Below, piece by piece: positions 1 through 12,620 of a DNA stretch of 64,000 bases (positions are counted from its first letter, which is position 1; each line of letters opens with the position of its first letter). Below the pieces are notes generated by a model that was given only the letters and a program-made list of their open reading frames with translations, was not told the DNA's origin and searched no databases. Position numbers and translations under genes: made by a program. Origin of the DNA: Chiloscyllium plagiosum (Eukaryota); contig NC_057755.1 in assembly GCF_004010195.1 (NCBI RefSeq), positions 474,399 through 538,398 of the forward strand. Reading direction: 5' to 3'.

Positions 1-83
1 CGGTCCCAACTGATTTCTGTTGCTGTCTGGGGCAATGTTTGATTTGTAATTTCTGATTTTCGTTTACCTTCTGTCTCCTCCAG

Positions 84-810
84 TTAATGTACTGGTGATT
101 TTGGTTTTTGCACAGAGAATGTGTGCCCTTTCAAACTGCACCATGCGCTGCCTGATGGTTATGGCAACGGCAGATCTGCTGTTCATAATTACGAACATCG
201 TACGGAGGAGACTGAATATTTATTACTTTCCAATGTGTTTCCTGGACCTCACCCCTGTGTGCAGTCCCTTTTTTTGCCGTGGTTCATATAGCCACAGACT
301 GTTCCACCTGGTTCACTGTTCTTTTCTCCAATAATCATTTTGTCGCCATTTATTGCCTGAAACAGAAGAGAAGTTATTGGACACAGAAAGCCTTGGCTGT
401 GGCTCTTCCTATAGCTCGAATTCTGATCTGTATAAAAAGCATTCGCTTCCATTTTAGGTTTGAACCAAAGAGGATACGAGACAATGTTCCATGGTATTCC
501 CGATTTTTTTACTGATCCCAGATGGCTGGGATTTAATTGGCTTGATACCATTTTAACCCCTTTCATCCCATTCATGTTAATTCCGTTGATGGACATTCTG
601 ACGGTCAGGTAGATTTTAGTGGCCAGTCGAGTCTGCAAGAGCCTGAGGGGTCAGAGGAAGGGTGAAAATCACAAAGTCGCAGAGATGGAGAGCCGGAGGA
701 AGTCATTGATTTCACTCTTTATGATATCCATCAGCTTCATACTTCTGTTGGTAGTGTACAGTGCAAAAATCTTACACTGTATCATTCTTTACTTAAGTAA
801 ATTCTTTACT
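84..810 (+). pseudogene. GPR139-like class A orphan GPCR, copy 1, coding exon 2 (TM1-TM6; TM7/helix 8 missing)
   Basis: Polypyrimidine tract and CAG acceptor at 81-83, then VNVLVILVFAQRMCALSNCTMRCLMVMATADLL (TM1/2), ATDCSTWFTVLFSNNHFVAI (TM3), LTPFIPF (TM5) and EMESRRKSLISL (ICL3/TM6). Frameshift near 270 and in-frame TAG at 610-612. Exon 1 would lie upstream of the window. Confidence 0.85.
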
Positions 811-1563
811 TAATGATTCACCAAAACAACTGAGACAGCTCCAGAGGTAGCCACAGTGTTCCCAATGCAGGAATTGCATATGTACAGCTAAGATTCAATC
901 AGCACAATCACATGGATCGGAGTATAACACCCAGCGGTTGATGGGAAGGGGTTAACCATTCACCACGCTCAGGAACACACTGCTGTCCCTGATTGACTGG
1001 CCGATTGACACACACAGGACACACAGACAATAAGCGGCAGTAATTCAGTTTTCCGTTCAAGCCTGGTACTCCCTCCACCCCGTTCTAGAAGATCGCGGTT
1101 CATCTAATTGATATGTCAAATCCATCTTCCCTTCTTCACCTGAGGACCCTCCCTCTCCCACCGCACAAACTTAACAAGAATCTATCTGGTGTGAATGTCT
1201 TATCACCTTCGGACTTGTCAGCTTCTCCAGCACCTTGCTTTTAATAATAGGCATCTCACTTATCTCTGTCCCGACTGTCTTGAACTTTCAGAATCTTGCG
1301 AGTACTTTCAGTATGGAAACTGATGCAAATAACCCATTCAAGTCCTTTCCCGATTTCTTTGATCTCCATTACTACTTCTCCACCCTCATTTTCCAGTGGT
1401 CCAATAGCCACTCTTGCTTCTCTCTTATCTTTCGTACATCTAAAAAGCTTTTGCAATCTTCATTTATATTGCCAGCTATGTTATCTTCCTTTTCATCTTC
1501 TCCCCCCCTTATTGCTTTTATTAGGTCTCTTCTGCTGTTTTTTCAAGGTTTCCCACTCCTCTT

Positions 1564-1850
1564 GGGCGGCACGGTGGCACAGTGGTTAGCACTGCTACCT
1601 CACAGCGCCAGAGACCCGGGTTCAATTCCCGCGGAGTTTGCGCGTTATCCCCGTGTCTGCGTGGGTTTCCTCCGGGTGCTCCGATTTCCTCCCACCATCC
1701 AAAGATGTGCAGGGTCAGTTGAATTGACCATACTAAATTTCCTGTAGTGTTAGGTTAGGGGTATGGGTGGGTTTCTCTTCGGCGGGTCGGTGTGGACTTG
1801 TTGGGCCGAAGGGCCTGTTTCCACACTGTAATCTAATCTAAATCTAAATC
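1564..1850 (+). mobile_element. HE1-type tRNA-derived SINE
   Basis: GGGCGGCACGGTGGCACAGTGG A-box, GGGTTCAATTCC B-box, CR1-like tail GGGCCGAAGGGCCTGTTTCCACACTGTA and (ATCTA)n end. Confidence 0.9.
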
Positions 1851-2286
1851 TTACTTCCCACTAAAATTCACTATAGTTTGTGCTTTTGTTTTTATGCTGT
1901 CCCTAACTTCCGTTGTCAGTATTGATTGCCTTATCCGTGCCTCTGTACGTCTCTTCTTCCATTGGGATTAAATTTTGTTCTGCCTCTTGAATTAGTCCCA
2001 GAGATTAACATTATTGCTGCTCCACTATCTTTTCTGCTCGGCTCTATGTCCAATCAACTCTGGCCAGCTCCTCCCTCATGTCACCATAATTACCTTTACA
2101 GAATTCAAATACCGTTACATAAGATTCCAGCTTCTCCTTCTCAAACTGCAGGGTGAATTGGACGATATTGAGGTGACTGCCCGACAATGTTCCTTCATGT
2201 TATGCTCCCTAATCACGTCGACGTCATACACAACAACACGTACAACGTTTTCTGTTCTCTCTTTGGCTTTACTACAACGTGACAAA

Positions 2287-2500
2287 GTGTCGTGCTGGAA
2301 AATCACAGCCGGTCAGGCAGCATCCAAAGAGCAGGACAGTCCACGTTTCAAGCATAAGCTGTATATCAGGAATGAAGATGAATTCCTGATGAAGAGCATA
2401 TGCTCAGTACATCAACTCTCGTAATTTTCGAATGCTGCCTCACAACTGCTTTTCCAGCACCACAAGTTTTGAATCCGATCACCAACACCTGCAGTCCTCA
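2287..2500. mobile_element. Palindromic non-autonomous element made of two inverted Penelope termini
   Basis: GCTGGAAAA...GGCAGCATCC...TTCCTGATGAAG...ATGCTGCC...TTTTCCAGCAC. The arms resemble the terminus of the Penelope element at about 52255-52345. Confidence 0.6.
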
Positions 2501-2789
2501 CTTTCTATCACTGCAAGATGCTCAAGAAAAAAAAAATCCTGCTGATGAAACCTATGGCCAACTTAACTTCCCCTCTCCATTAGATATTGAGTTTCCTTGT
2601 GATTGTTGTAATTGTGCATTTCCGATACACCTTTTCTATCTCCTGATTTATTTCCTGCCTCACGCCCTGACGACTGGGAGGAGGCTTGTGCACAACCTGC
2701 ATCGCTGTCTTTTTTCTTCCTTTACTGCTTCTCAGCTCCACCCACATAAATTCTGCTTTTTCTGACTGTATATCACTTCTTGCAGTTGA

Positions 2790-3090
2790 ATCACAGAATC
2801 TCTACAGTGTCGAGACAGACCATTCGGCCCAACAAGCACACATTGATTGTCTGATGAGCATCCCACCCGGTTGCACCTCCTCTCCCCGTCCGTGTAATCC
2901 GGCTTTTCACATGGTCAATCCAACTAAACTGCACATTGTTGGAAGGAAAAAAGAGTACCTGGAGGAAACCCACGAAGACTCAGTGAGAATGTATAAACTC
3001 CAACCAGACAGACGCCGCAGGTGGGAATTGAACCCGAGTCCCTGCCACTGTGAGGCAGTAGATTTAAACGCTATATCAACCTGCTGCCAT
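2790..3090 (-). mobile_element. Degenerate HE1-type SINE
   Basis: Matches the SINE at 50835-51150 (CCATTCGGCCCAACAAG...GGAGGAAACCCACG...GGGAATTGAACCCG...TGTGAGGCAG). Confidence 0.75.
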
Positions 3091-3549
3091 TATTTACTGA
3101 TTTAACTTCATTTCTTACTAATAAAACAACGCTGCCCTCTCTACTCATTTCACTGTCCTTTTGAAAGGATGTGTACCCTTGGATATATAGTTCCTCGCAC
3201 CAAACCTCCTGTAGATATATCACTGTGATACCCTTATCATATATGCAAATTACATCCTGCATTACAAGCTCAATTATCTTGTTTCATATGATGCATTCGT
3301 TTAAATACAGCACCTTTAGTCTTTCGTTGCCTTCCATTCTTCTCATTGTTGTCCAATTATCTGCTGTGCTTGAAGGTATATTCTTTTCCCTTTTCATGCA
3401 CTCTGTTCTATTTACATGTTCTGGAAATGTTAATAATGTTTTCTGTGAGATAGCCCAGATTAATCAGTTAAAAAGTCTTGTGATATCAATTTGTACCATG
3501 TGTGCATCAACTTTTTTCTGAATGCTTCATGAAACTCATTTCAAATTCT

Positions 3550-5332
3550 TCATGCAATAAATGGAATAAAAGGACGGTTAGGGTGGGGCTCGTACCAGTC
3601 AAAGACAGAGTTGGGAAGTTGAATGTGGACCCTGTGGAGACCAGGGAGTTGCTTAACGGACATTTCTAATCGGTATTCAGTGAGGAAAAGGAGAATATTA
3701 TAGAGAAGAATGAGGTACAAGATATTCGACTAGAAAGGATCGAGGTCAGTTACAAACAGGTGTTATCAATTCTAGAAGGAGTGAAAGTAGACAATTCTCT
3801 GGGATTTATCCGAGGATTCTCTGGGAAAGTAGGGAGGAGACAGCAGAGTCTTTGGCTTTGATATTTGTGTCGTCATTGTCTACAGGTTTAGTACCAGAGG
3901 ACTGGAGGATTGCAAATGTTGTGCCCTTGTTCAAGAAGGGCAGCAGAGATGACCCAGGTAATTATAGACCAGTGAGCCTTCCTTCTGTTGTAGGAAAGGT
4001 TTTGGAAAGGATTATAAGAAACAAGATTTTTAATCATCTAGCAAGCAACAATTTAATTTCAGAGAGTCAACATGGTTTTGTCAAGGGCGAGTCGTGTCTC
4101 ACAAACCTCATTGAGTTTTTTGAGAAGGTGACCAAGCATGTAGATGAGGGGAGGGCAGTTGACGTGGTATACATGGACTTCAGTAAATCCTTTGATAAGG
4201 TTCCACATGGTAGGCTGCTGGAGAAAATGCAGGGGCATGGAATTGAGGGTGATTTAGCAGTTTGGATTAAAAACTGGCTTTCTGAAAGAAGGCGAGTGAT
4301 GGTTGAATAAAATATTCAGCCTGGAGTCCGCTTACTAGTGGTGTGCCACAAGGATCTATTTTGGGACCACTGCTGTTTGTCAGTTTTATAAACGACCGAG
4401 GCACAGGCATAGGTGGATGGATTAGCAAATTTGCAGACAACACTAAAGTCGGTGGAGTAGTGGACAGTGTGGAAGAATGTTACAGGTTGCAGGGTGACTT
4501 GGATTAACTGCAGAATTAGGTTCAGAGGTGGCAATTGGAGTTCATTGCAACTAAACGTGCGGTGATGCACTTTGGGAAGAATAACAGGAAGGGAGAGTGC
4601 TGGGTCAATGGAATGATTCTTGGGTAATGTGGATGTGCAGAGGAATCTTGGAGTCCATGCACATAGATCCTTGAAAGTTGCCACCCAGGTGGATAGTGCT
4701 GTTACGAAGGCATACGATGTGTTTGGTTTCATTCGGGGAACGATTGAGTTCCGGAGCCGCAATATCATGCTTCAACTATACAAAATACTGGTGCAGCCAC
4801 TCTTCGAATATTGCTTACATTTCTGGTCTCCATATTTCGGGAAGGATATGGAAGCATTGAAAAAGGTGCAGAGGAGATTTACAAGGATGTTGCCTGGTCT
4901 GCAGGTCAGGTCAAATGAGGAAAGGCTGTGAGATTTGGGTCTGTTCTCATTAAAAAGAAGAAGGCTAAGAGGTGATTTGATAGAGACATACAAGATGATC
5001 AGAGGATCAGAAAGAGTAGACAGTGAAAGTCATTCTCCTAGGATGATGACGTCAGCTTGTACGAGGGGGAATAAGTACAAATTTAGGGGTGATAGATGTA
5101 ATATAGATGGCAGAGGCAGGTTTTTTACGCAGAGAGATGTAAGGGCATGAAATGCACTATCTGCTAATGGAGTCAATTCAGACACATTTGGGAGATTTAA
5201 ACAATCTTTAGATAAACACATGGATGATTTTGTGATAGTGTTGGGATACGAGCTGAGAATAGTTCACAGGTCAGCGCAACATCGAGGGCCGAAGGACCTG
5301 TTCTGCGCTACATTGTTCTATGTTCTATGTCT
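3550..5332 (+). mobile_element. CR1/HER1 LINE, 5'-truncated, RT domain to 3' tail, disrupted
   Basis: VPEDWRIANVVPLFKKG, NYRPVSL, QHGF and VYMDFSKSFDKVPH motifs, followed by the 3' (TGTTCTA)n tail. Confidence 0.93.
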
Positions 5333-5544
5333 AAAATGTTTGTGTCTGTATGTAAATATAATTGTGTGTTGTAGGTTTTTGTCCAGAAATGTAACTATTG
5401 TTGTATGTAAGAGCATTTTGCGTCGATTTATAAAGACTTTTGTGAGTTGGAGACATTTGTGCCTGAATGGAAATATAGATTGGCACTGGAGATGTTTTTG
5501 TCTGTATCTAAATAATTTTGTAAGTTGGATCTATTTGTGATATG

Positions 5545-5860
5545 TTTTGCAAATATTGCATGCTAGAGCTTCGTTCCCTAAATAAGAGGACAAAAACTGC
5601 ACAAAACTGCAGATGTGGCCCCAACAGTACATTGCACTGTTGCAGTAAGATTCTCTACTCTTGTACTCTGATCCTCTTGAAAGAAGGGACAACATTCCAT
5701 TAGCTTTCCTGATTATATGCTCCATCCCTGAGCTAGCTTTCCGTGTTTTGTGCACGGTTGCCCCCAAAGTCCCTCTGAGTGGCAGCTTTCTTCAGGTTTT
5801 CTCTATTTAAATATTACTCTGTTCTGCCGTTCAAACTGCTAAAATAAGCAAATTCACATT
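5545..5860 (-). mobile_element. CR1 RT C-terminal fragment
   Basis: Minus-strand IIRKANGMLSLLSRGSEYKSRE. Confidence 0.7.
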
Positions 5861-5910
5861 ATAAAAAGTTATATCCTATTTGATAACGACTGGCCAACCA
5901 ACTTCACCTG

Positions 5911-6029
5911 GAAAAACAAAGCAGGCCAGGCAGCATCCGAGGATCAGGATGCTGCCTGGCCTGCTGTGTTATTCCAGCACCACATTTTTCAACTCTGCTA
6001 CTCCAGTATCTGCAGTCCTCACTTTCTCC
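5911..6029. mobile_element. Short hairpin element from Penelope termini with 14-bp TSD
   Basis: Inverted arms span 5908-5977. Direct repeat ACCAACTTCACCTG at 5897-5910 and 6030-6043. Confidence 0.75.
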
Positions 6030-6149
6030 ACCAACTTCACCTGTCAATATCTCTCTGTAAACTATTTGTATTCTTCTTGCAACTTGCCTTCCCACCTAAT
6101 TTATGTTATTTTCAAATCTGGCGACAGTACATCCGCTTCCGTCCTCTAA

Positions 6150-6720
6150 TTATTCATATACAGTGTTGCATGTTTTCCGAACGTGTGTTTCTATAAAAAC
6201 ATATTCACATATACTTATATATAATGTACTAATATTATGACATGTTGGAGCACTTTGTGTCCATTTATAAATCCCGTTCTGTATTGGAACACTTCGCATT
6301 TCAAGGTAAAAATGGTCATGAACTGGTTCTGTTTGCATTTATATACAAGTAGCATTGTGCATTGGAGCTGTTCTTGTTTTTACAAAAATGTTGTTCTCTG
6401 TTGCAACTGTTTGTGTTCACTGGTTAATGTGAGTGCACGTTGAAGCTGTTCGTACTTCTGTCTAAATATTTATGTGTATTCTAACTGTATTTTTCCGTAA
6501 ATATTGTTGTATACTGTACTGTTTCAGTTTTGTTATGCACATTGTTGTGCATTGGAGCTGCTAGTGTATAAATGTAAATATTATTGTGCAGTGAAGTTGG
6601 TTGTATTCATTCATAAATGCTGTTATAACATAAATACTGTTGTGCATTAGAGCTGTACGAGCTTATATATAAATCGTTTTGCATCTTGGACATATAGTGC
6701 AGCATCGATGCATTTGGTCG
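6150..6720 (+). repeat. Degenerate AT-rich tandem repeat (core TGTGCATTGGAGCTG)
   Basis: The core recurs near 6356, 6546 and 6641. Related arrays occur at 26540-26900 (inverted) and 57860-58140. Confidence 0.7.
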
Positions 6721-7885
6721 TGACCAAACAGGTTGATCAACTCGCGGACAGTTTTCCAGTTTCTGTGCTGTACATCAAACCTGTATTCTTCTACAGGATG
6801 ATCAGCGGCTGGCAAAGGAACATGGAAGCTGAGGTTCAAGAATTGTGAAGCTCTTATTTGAGTCTCCAGCATACGGTTGGAAGACGGTTTAAGGAAACAT
6901 TAAGAGATTCTTTATTCTCAAAGCTGTTTTGAAGGCAAGACAGAGAGTTGCATAACTGTCCAAACTGCAGGAAATCTTTCAGAACTTACTCCTGCTGTAG
7001 ACAATGGAGACGACCAACATAACCATCTGGTCAAGGCTTCACAGCATGGAGTTGGATAATATGTATTCACATTTCTTCTTCCAGAAGTTGCACAGGGAGT
7101 GCTTTGTGGTCATCAGCCCGAAAGAAGACGTTGGCTTAATAACTTCATCTTAGTCTGACATCCTTAAGATAAGCAAATTCTTTTATACCAGATAGCATGA
7201 CACAGACACAGCGGCCTCCTGTTCCATCCTGACCTCGATTGCATAGGTCTTAGACTGCATGGAAAATGAGAGACTGTACCAACCTTTATCTTGGGATGAG
7301 ATGACAAAGGCCCTAGAGTCCTCCAAAAAGAAAAATAAATTCGAGAAGCGAAGTTCTGTGGGTCTTTATTGGGCAGGACCTGCTGGATGTACATGACAGT
7401 CTCTTTCTAGTAGGTAAGCTGCACGAATCCATGCTGAAAGATATCATCACCGTTATCTACAAGTGGTAAGACGAAAGAGAGGAAATGAGAATTTGGCCAC
7501 GAATTTCATTGCTGAATGCAGACCATAAAATCCTGCCTAAGGTCATCGCCAACTGGGGCAGCTCTCCAATGGTATCGGTGATTCACCCCGCTGTGCAGGG
7601 CAGAATAATCTCTGACGGCCACGTGCTCCTCAGAGATGTAATAGCCTTTGTGTAGGACAGCCGGGTGGATACCCATCTCATCAACCTGGAACAGGACGAA
7701 GCCTTTCTCAGTATATTGCATGTCTACATATGCAACGTGCTCTGCACCCTGGGCTTGGAGAAGGAACTTGTAATTGTACTAGACTGCTCTGCGCAAACAT
7801 CATAAGTGCAATCTCCATTAATGGGTGGAAATAGGAAAGCTTCCCACTCAGCTTTGCAATCAGTGAAGACTGCCCAGTATCAGCT
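6720..7885 (+). mobile_element. Degenerate Tx1/L1-clade LINE ORF2 fragment
   Basis: ISLLNADHKILPKVIAN (WRPISLLNxDYK-type motif) near 7500 and a QEKAF-like motif near 7690. Similar to 41200-43360. Confidence 0.7.
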
Positions 7886-8005
7886 TGGTTGTTTTATTGT
7901 TGCACCAGAGAGAAGGAATAATTATTATAACTCATGCATACGTTTCTGACATATTGCCGATTGCCTATCTATTGCCAACCTTTTACCTATGTTCTTCAAT
8001 CCATC

Positions 8006-8505
8006 NNNNNNNNNNNNNNNNNNNNNNNNNNNNNNNNNNNNNNNNNNNNNNNNNNNNNNNNNNNNNNNNNNNNNNNNNNNNNNNNNNNNNNNNNNNNNNN
8101 NNNNNNNNNNNNNNNNNNNNNNNNNNNNNNNNNNNNNNNNNNNNNNNNNNNNNNNNNNNNNNNNNNNNNNNNNNNNNNNNNNNNNNNNNNNNNNNNNNNN
8201 NNNNNNNNNNNNNNNNNNNNNNNNNNNNNNNNNNNNNNNNNNNNNNNNNNNNNNNNNNNNNNNNNNNNNNNNNNNNNNNNNNNNNNNNNNNNNNNNNNNN
8301 NNNNNNNNNNNNNNNNNNNNNNNNNNNNNNNNNNNNNNNNNNNNNNNNNNNNNNNNNNNNNNNNNNNNNNNNNNNNNNNNNNNNNNNNNNNNNNNNNNNN
8401 NNNNNNNNNNNNNNNNNNNNNNNNNNNNNNNNNNNNNNNNNNNNNNNNNNNNNNNNNNNNNNNNNNNNNNNNNNNNNNNNNNNNNNNNNNNNNNNNNNNN
8501 NNNNN
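8006..8505. other. Assembly gap
   Basis: Run of N. Confidence 1.
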
Positions 8506-8689
8506 AGGTTGGTGACTCATCACAGAGCACGAGAGTGCCTTTAATCTTCATAAGCTGGAGTCGTTAGCACAGCTTCAAAAATAAGTGTATGCTGTGGACT
8601 GAGTAGAGTGAGGAGCCAATCACTCAGATATTGATCGTGGCCAACAGGTATGATGAACTGGTTGTCTGAGGACAAGGAGGAAGACTGTG

Positions 8690-9240
8690 GGAACGACAGT
8701 TGCAATGCAGACAATGCTACCAGGTGTCAAACACAAAGTAGAGCAGAATAGAATGTAGCCATAGAGAAGGTTTTCCTAATTAGGGACATAGGTAGCGTTC
8801 TTTGTAGCCACAAATGAAACTTTGGCACGGTATGCTACTTACGAAGTGTCAGGCTAAAGAAGGTCTCATGGCATCTGGGGAGGAAATGGAAAGGAAGTGG
8901 GATAATCCAATGATGGCAGATCATGTCAGGGTGAAGGAGACGGGAGGGATCTGCAGAAATATCAGTTAAAAGCTAAATTAAACAGGAACCTCATAATTAA
9001 TAATCTCTCAGTAACTCCCTGACTTCATGCAAATTTGCATTGAGGCAGTTAGATCGAAAAATTAACACATGGCTAAAGCGCTAACGTGGGATAACATAGT
9101 GTCACTTCAAAGGACGCTGGCATCAGTCGTGGAACAGAAAGTAGCTACACTGAGGGTCCAGACTCGAACTGAACCCGGATAAGGTTTGTGTTCTCCTGAA
9201 AAGAGCAAATAGGGAGGCAGAGAAAATGTAAAATTAATAA
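8690..9240 (+). mobile_element. Degenerate CR1 ORF1 (SGNH esterase-like) fragment
   Basis: IRDIGSVLCS...TVCYL resembles the GDSLIRDTDRRFC...LPG motif seen at 51990-52060. Confidence 0.5.
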
Positions 9241-9967
9241 ATACAGGCAGAAAAGGAAATTAAATCAGTTTAAATATAAACGAATCGTGAAAAGATAAAA
9301 TAGAAAAGAACAAAATTGGGACATAGATAAAGACAGATAAATAGGACTTAGGAATGCGCGAGCAGAGCAATGATTAAAACAGAATAACAGGAATCACCAT
9401 TAAAATTTCTTAGTGTCTCAGGAGACACGAAGTTAAAAATACCAAGGAGGAATTCCTGAGGAATGGCTGCTGAAATATTTCGGCAAAAAAATTCAACATT
9501 TCCAGATAGAATGCACTGCAATGTATTCAAGACTCATTTTGTACCAAATAGATAAACATTTGGTGCTGATCTATAATGAGATTAAGCCACACTGAAGTGA
9601 AATTTGTAGATAACAGAAAAGCAGCATTGATCTTGCTGCTGTATTAGATATAATTCAGAACATGAGATGCGTTGCATTCGGCTTTCTAGTCTTATTGGTT
9701 ATGAATCTGATGACTTATTGATCAAAATACAATGACTTGTATTAGTTCATTAGGAAAATACAGTAAAATCACATCCTATTGACAAGAATCCATTTTAAGA
9801 TTCTTCAGTCCTCATGAAATTTGTCATAAATGTTTATTATTAACAAATTCTATGCTGAAAATGATTCTCTCTGGTTCAACTGAATTATTAGTCTTCTTTC
9901 CTTATGGAGAAAACGGTACAATACATGACTGCTCAACAATTTGACGAAATTAGAGACAGGTAGTTAC

Positions 9968-11713
9968 CTCAGCTCTCGGCATTTGTGAAATATGGGACCC
10001 AATCTCTGTATTCCTTCGTACTGAATGTAGCAGTTCTCAAGATCAAGTTATTTTAATAAATCACAGAATTCAATGACAAAACAGAGGATGACACAGTCTA
10101 TTGTGGTCAGTTGCAAGTCACGAAATGAAAATGTTCCACACCTTTCAGTGAGTTCTGTGTAAGTGATTTATTCTGAGACTCAAACAGGTAGTGCAATGTA
10201 TTCAGGGGGTTCCTTTTACTAGTTATAGTCTTAGTGTTTCCAGTGTGTACTTTAAAAATGTCCTGCACCCAATCAATGACCTGACAAGCTGTCTGACGAA
10301 GAAATGAATATAGAAACTCTTCCAGAGGACGAGCTGACTGCAGGGAGGAGAGACCAACAAAAAAAAAATAGATGATTATTACAAATCACCCATCTTCTTT
10401 TCTATGTGATTCAGTGAGCAATTTCTGAATGTTCCTGCGATCAGGAGTCAGGAATTCGACAAGGGCCGCTACAAATGCTTGGATGGCGATGTGTGGGAAT
10501 GTGTAGCCCACAATCCGTGCAGAATAATCTTTCTCAATCAAGAATCCAGACAATAACTGGGAAGGTTGCAGATTTTACTGGATTAAACCTCCATTTCTAA
10601 ACACAATCTTTTTTTACTCACAGGCACCAGTAAAGGCCATCTCACCAAGCTTCAGAAACACCTCACCGGGGTTTTCAATCTGATGGCCATGGTTTTCAGA
10701 ATGTTTTAAATATAGAATGAATAAAGTTGGGTGATGGTCTTTGGAACCTGCTGCTGCTTCTTATCCTTTTTTTTTGTGAAGAATAGACCCAGTGATAGAC
10801 TGAGGGTCCAGCAGTACCAAGGGTTGCAGCAGATGGAGTGCAGGATCTCATTCATCTCTACATCTTGAAAAAAGCTGCTGACACTATCGGATCTTCAAAA
10901 AAAAACCTGCTGAAACATTCCTTTCGTTCATCACCAACATATCCCGGGATTTCAGCCCAGATACTGACCTCAGCATTTTCCAATAAATACAATGTAGTGA
11001 GACAGCTGGTTACTAGCACTGAACATCCATGGAACATCCAGGGAGCAGCCTGTGCTGGATTAAACTGTACACAACGTCAGACACTTCACACCAGCATTCA
11101 GTGATCAGTGCACATGAACTGAGTTCTGTATCTCTCCGACTGGCAGAAAAAATCAGTACTGTCCTTGAATTCATCCAAACCATCATATATAAACAGCAGT
11201 CCGTCTAGGATTTGCAGAGACCTCTCAGAAGTTTCCCAAAGTGAGGATAATGAACCAATATCATCTTCCTCATGTTTAATCATCAATTAAGATCCTTCAA
11301 ATCCTGGAATTTAAAAATGAATGCAAATTACAACCGTGGGTACATTTTTCCAGTGGCTAAGCCATAAACCATCTTTTGTACCATTGTTGCTTTTCCAATT
11401 CCTGGGACTCCATTTATTACTGCTCAAATCCCAGGTTCGGACTTTCCCCGGAAATGTTGCATTGGAACAACTGATCAACTCTTTTTTTCCTGTTCTGTTC
11501 GGAGAAGTTTTTCTTTCCACTTTCCATTGTCCCGGACTCGCGCAAACGGTTCGTCTTCTACAAGTGTCGGACCACGAACGTTAGAAATAATCGTTAGCTC
11601 AGTGTATGGATCAACCAGTGGGAAAATCTTCAACTTCTCCTTTGTTAGGATACTGCTCACTATCAGTTTTTCAGTTTGGACCCGCAATGTCTCCTTGGTT
11701 TTCTGTTGAACAT
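9968..11713 (-). pseudogene. NLR large NACHT exon (Walker A/B, winged helix, HD2, first LRR)
   Basis: DVQQKTKETLRVQTEKL, LVDPYTELTIIS, Walker A GVPGIGKATMVQKMVY (about 11370-11410), Walker B LLFIYDGLDEF, YTFPHIAIQAFVAAL, LNTLHYLFESQN and DLENCYIQYEGIQRLGPIFHKCREL. Acceptor TTTGAAG at 11714 and donor GTAAC at 9967. Multiple stops and frameshifts. Confidence 0.92.
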
Positions 11714-12109
11714 CTTCAAAAAAGATAAAACAGTTCTCCAATTTAGATAAATTAACACTGATGCAACTTTATACATTGAAATCTATTACTTGTGTAATTG
11801 AGTTATATGCAAACCTGAAAGCAAAATGCTGCATTACGTGCACAGATTCAACGCAGATTTGTGTAGAAGTTAAACTGCCATCCACGAACACATCACTTGT
11901 AAATAAAGGATGGTCGAGAAAGAATTCAAATTCTTTTAGGTTTGCTCGGCGAGTTCTACAAAGTTGACATATTCCCTGCAAGGTTTATACAGAAGCGTAT
12001 AACAGACGTTATCTTACAGATTCTCGCAAGTAACTCACTTCCTATCTCCAGCCACCTTCATACAAGCTCAGTTGTGTGAATGGAATGTTCTCATTTGCTT
12101 GGATTTATA

Positions 12110-12620
12110 GAGTCAAAGAGTCATAAAGTACGGAAACAGACCCCTCTGTCCAACCAGTCCATGTCATACATAATCCCGAAAGAAACTATTGCCACCTGCT
12201 TCCCCTAGCCCGTATCCCCACAAGCTCTTAGTATTCATGTACTTATCACAATGTTTTTAAACATTGTAATTGTAGCCATGTTCATCACTTCCTCAGGGAG
12301 TTCCTTCTAGACGCGTGTCACCCTCTGGTTAAATAAAATGTCCCAAATGTCGTTTTAAATCTCTCTCCACTCACCTTAAAAATGTGACCCCTCATGTTGA
12401 AATCCTATCCTAGGCAAAAGACAACTACCTTTCATCCTATCTACACCTCTCATTATTTTATTAATTTCTATAAGTTCGTCTCTCACCCTCCCACACTCCA
12501 GTGAAAAAAAGTCCTGGCCTATCTAGCCTTTTTTTATAACTCAAATCTTTCAAATCTGGCAACATACTGCTAAAACTTTTCTGAAACTTCTCCAACTATA
12601 ATAATGTCCTTTCAATAACA
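12110..12620 (-). mobile_element. CR1 3' fragment
   Basis: Reverse complement resembles the 3' end of the CR1 at 15700-16130. Confidence 0.75.

Larger units (their letters stand above)
1240..3330 (-). mobile_element. Old fragmented CR1-type LINE (endonuclease to linker region) interrupted by younger insertions
   Basis: Minus-strand peptides REARVAIGPLENEGGEVVM (1256-1456) and ELYIQGYTSFQKDSEMSREGSVVLLVR (3071-3262) resemble CR1 ORF2 linker and APE segments. Confidence 0.6.

Noticed and set aside
1564..1640. tRNA gene
   Set aside because: It is a SINE head that continues into the SINE body and tail, and multiple copies are present in the window.
7885..8567. Long ORFs of about 200 aa in the ORF track
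   Set aside because: They are artefacts of translating through the N gap. The same applies to 59045-60329.
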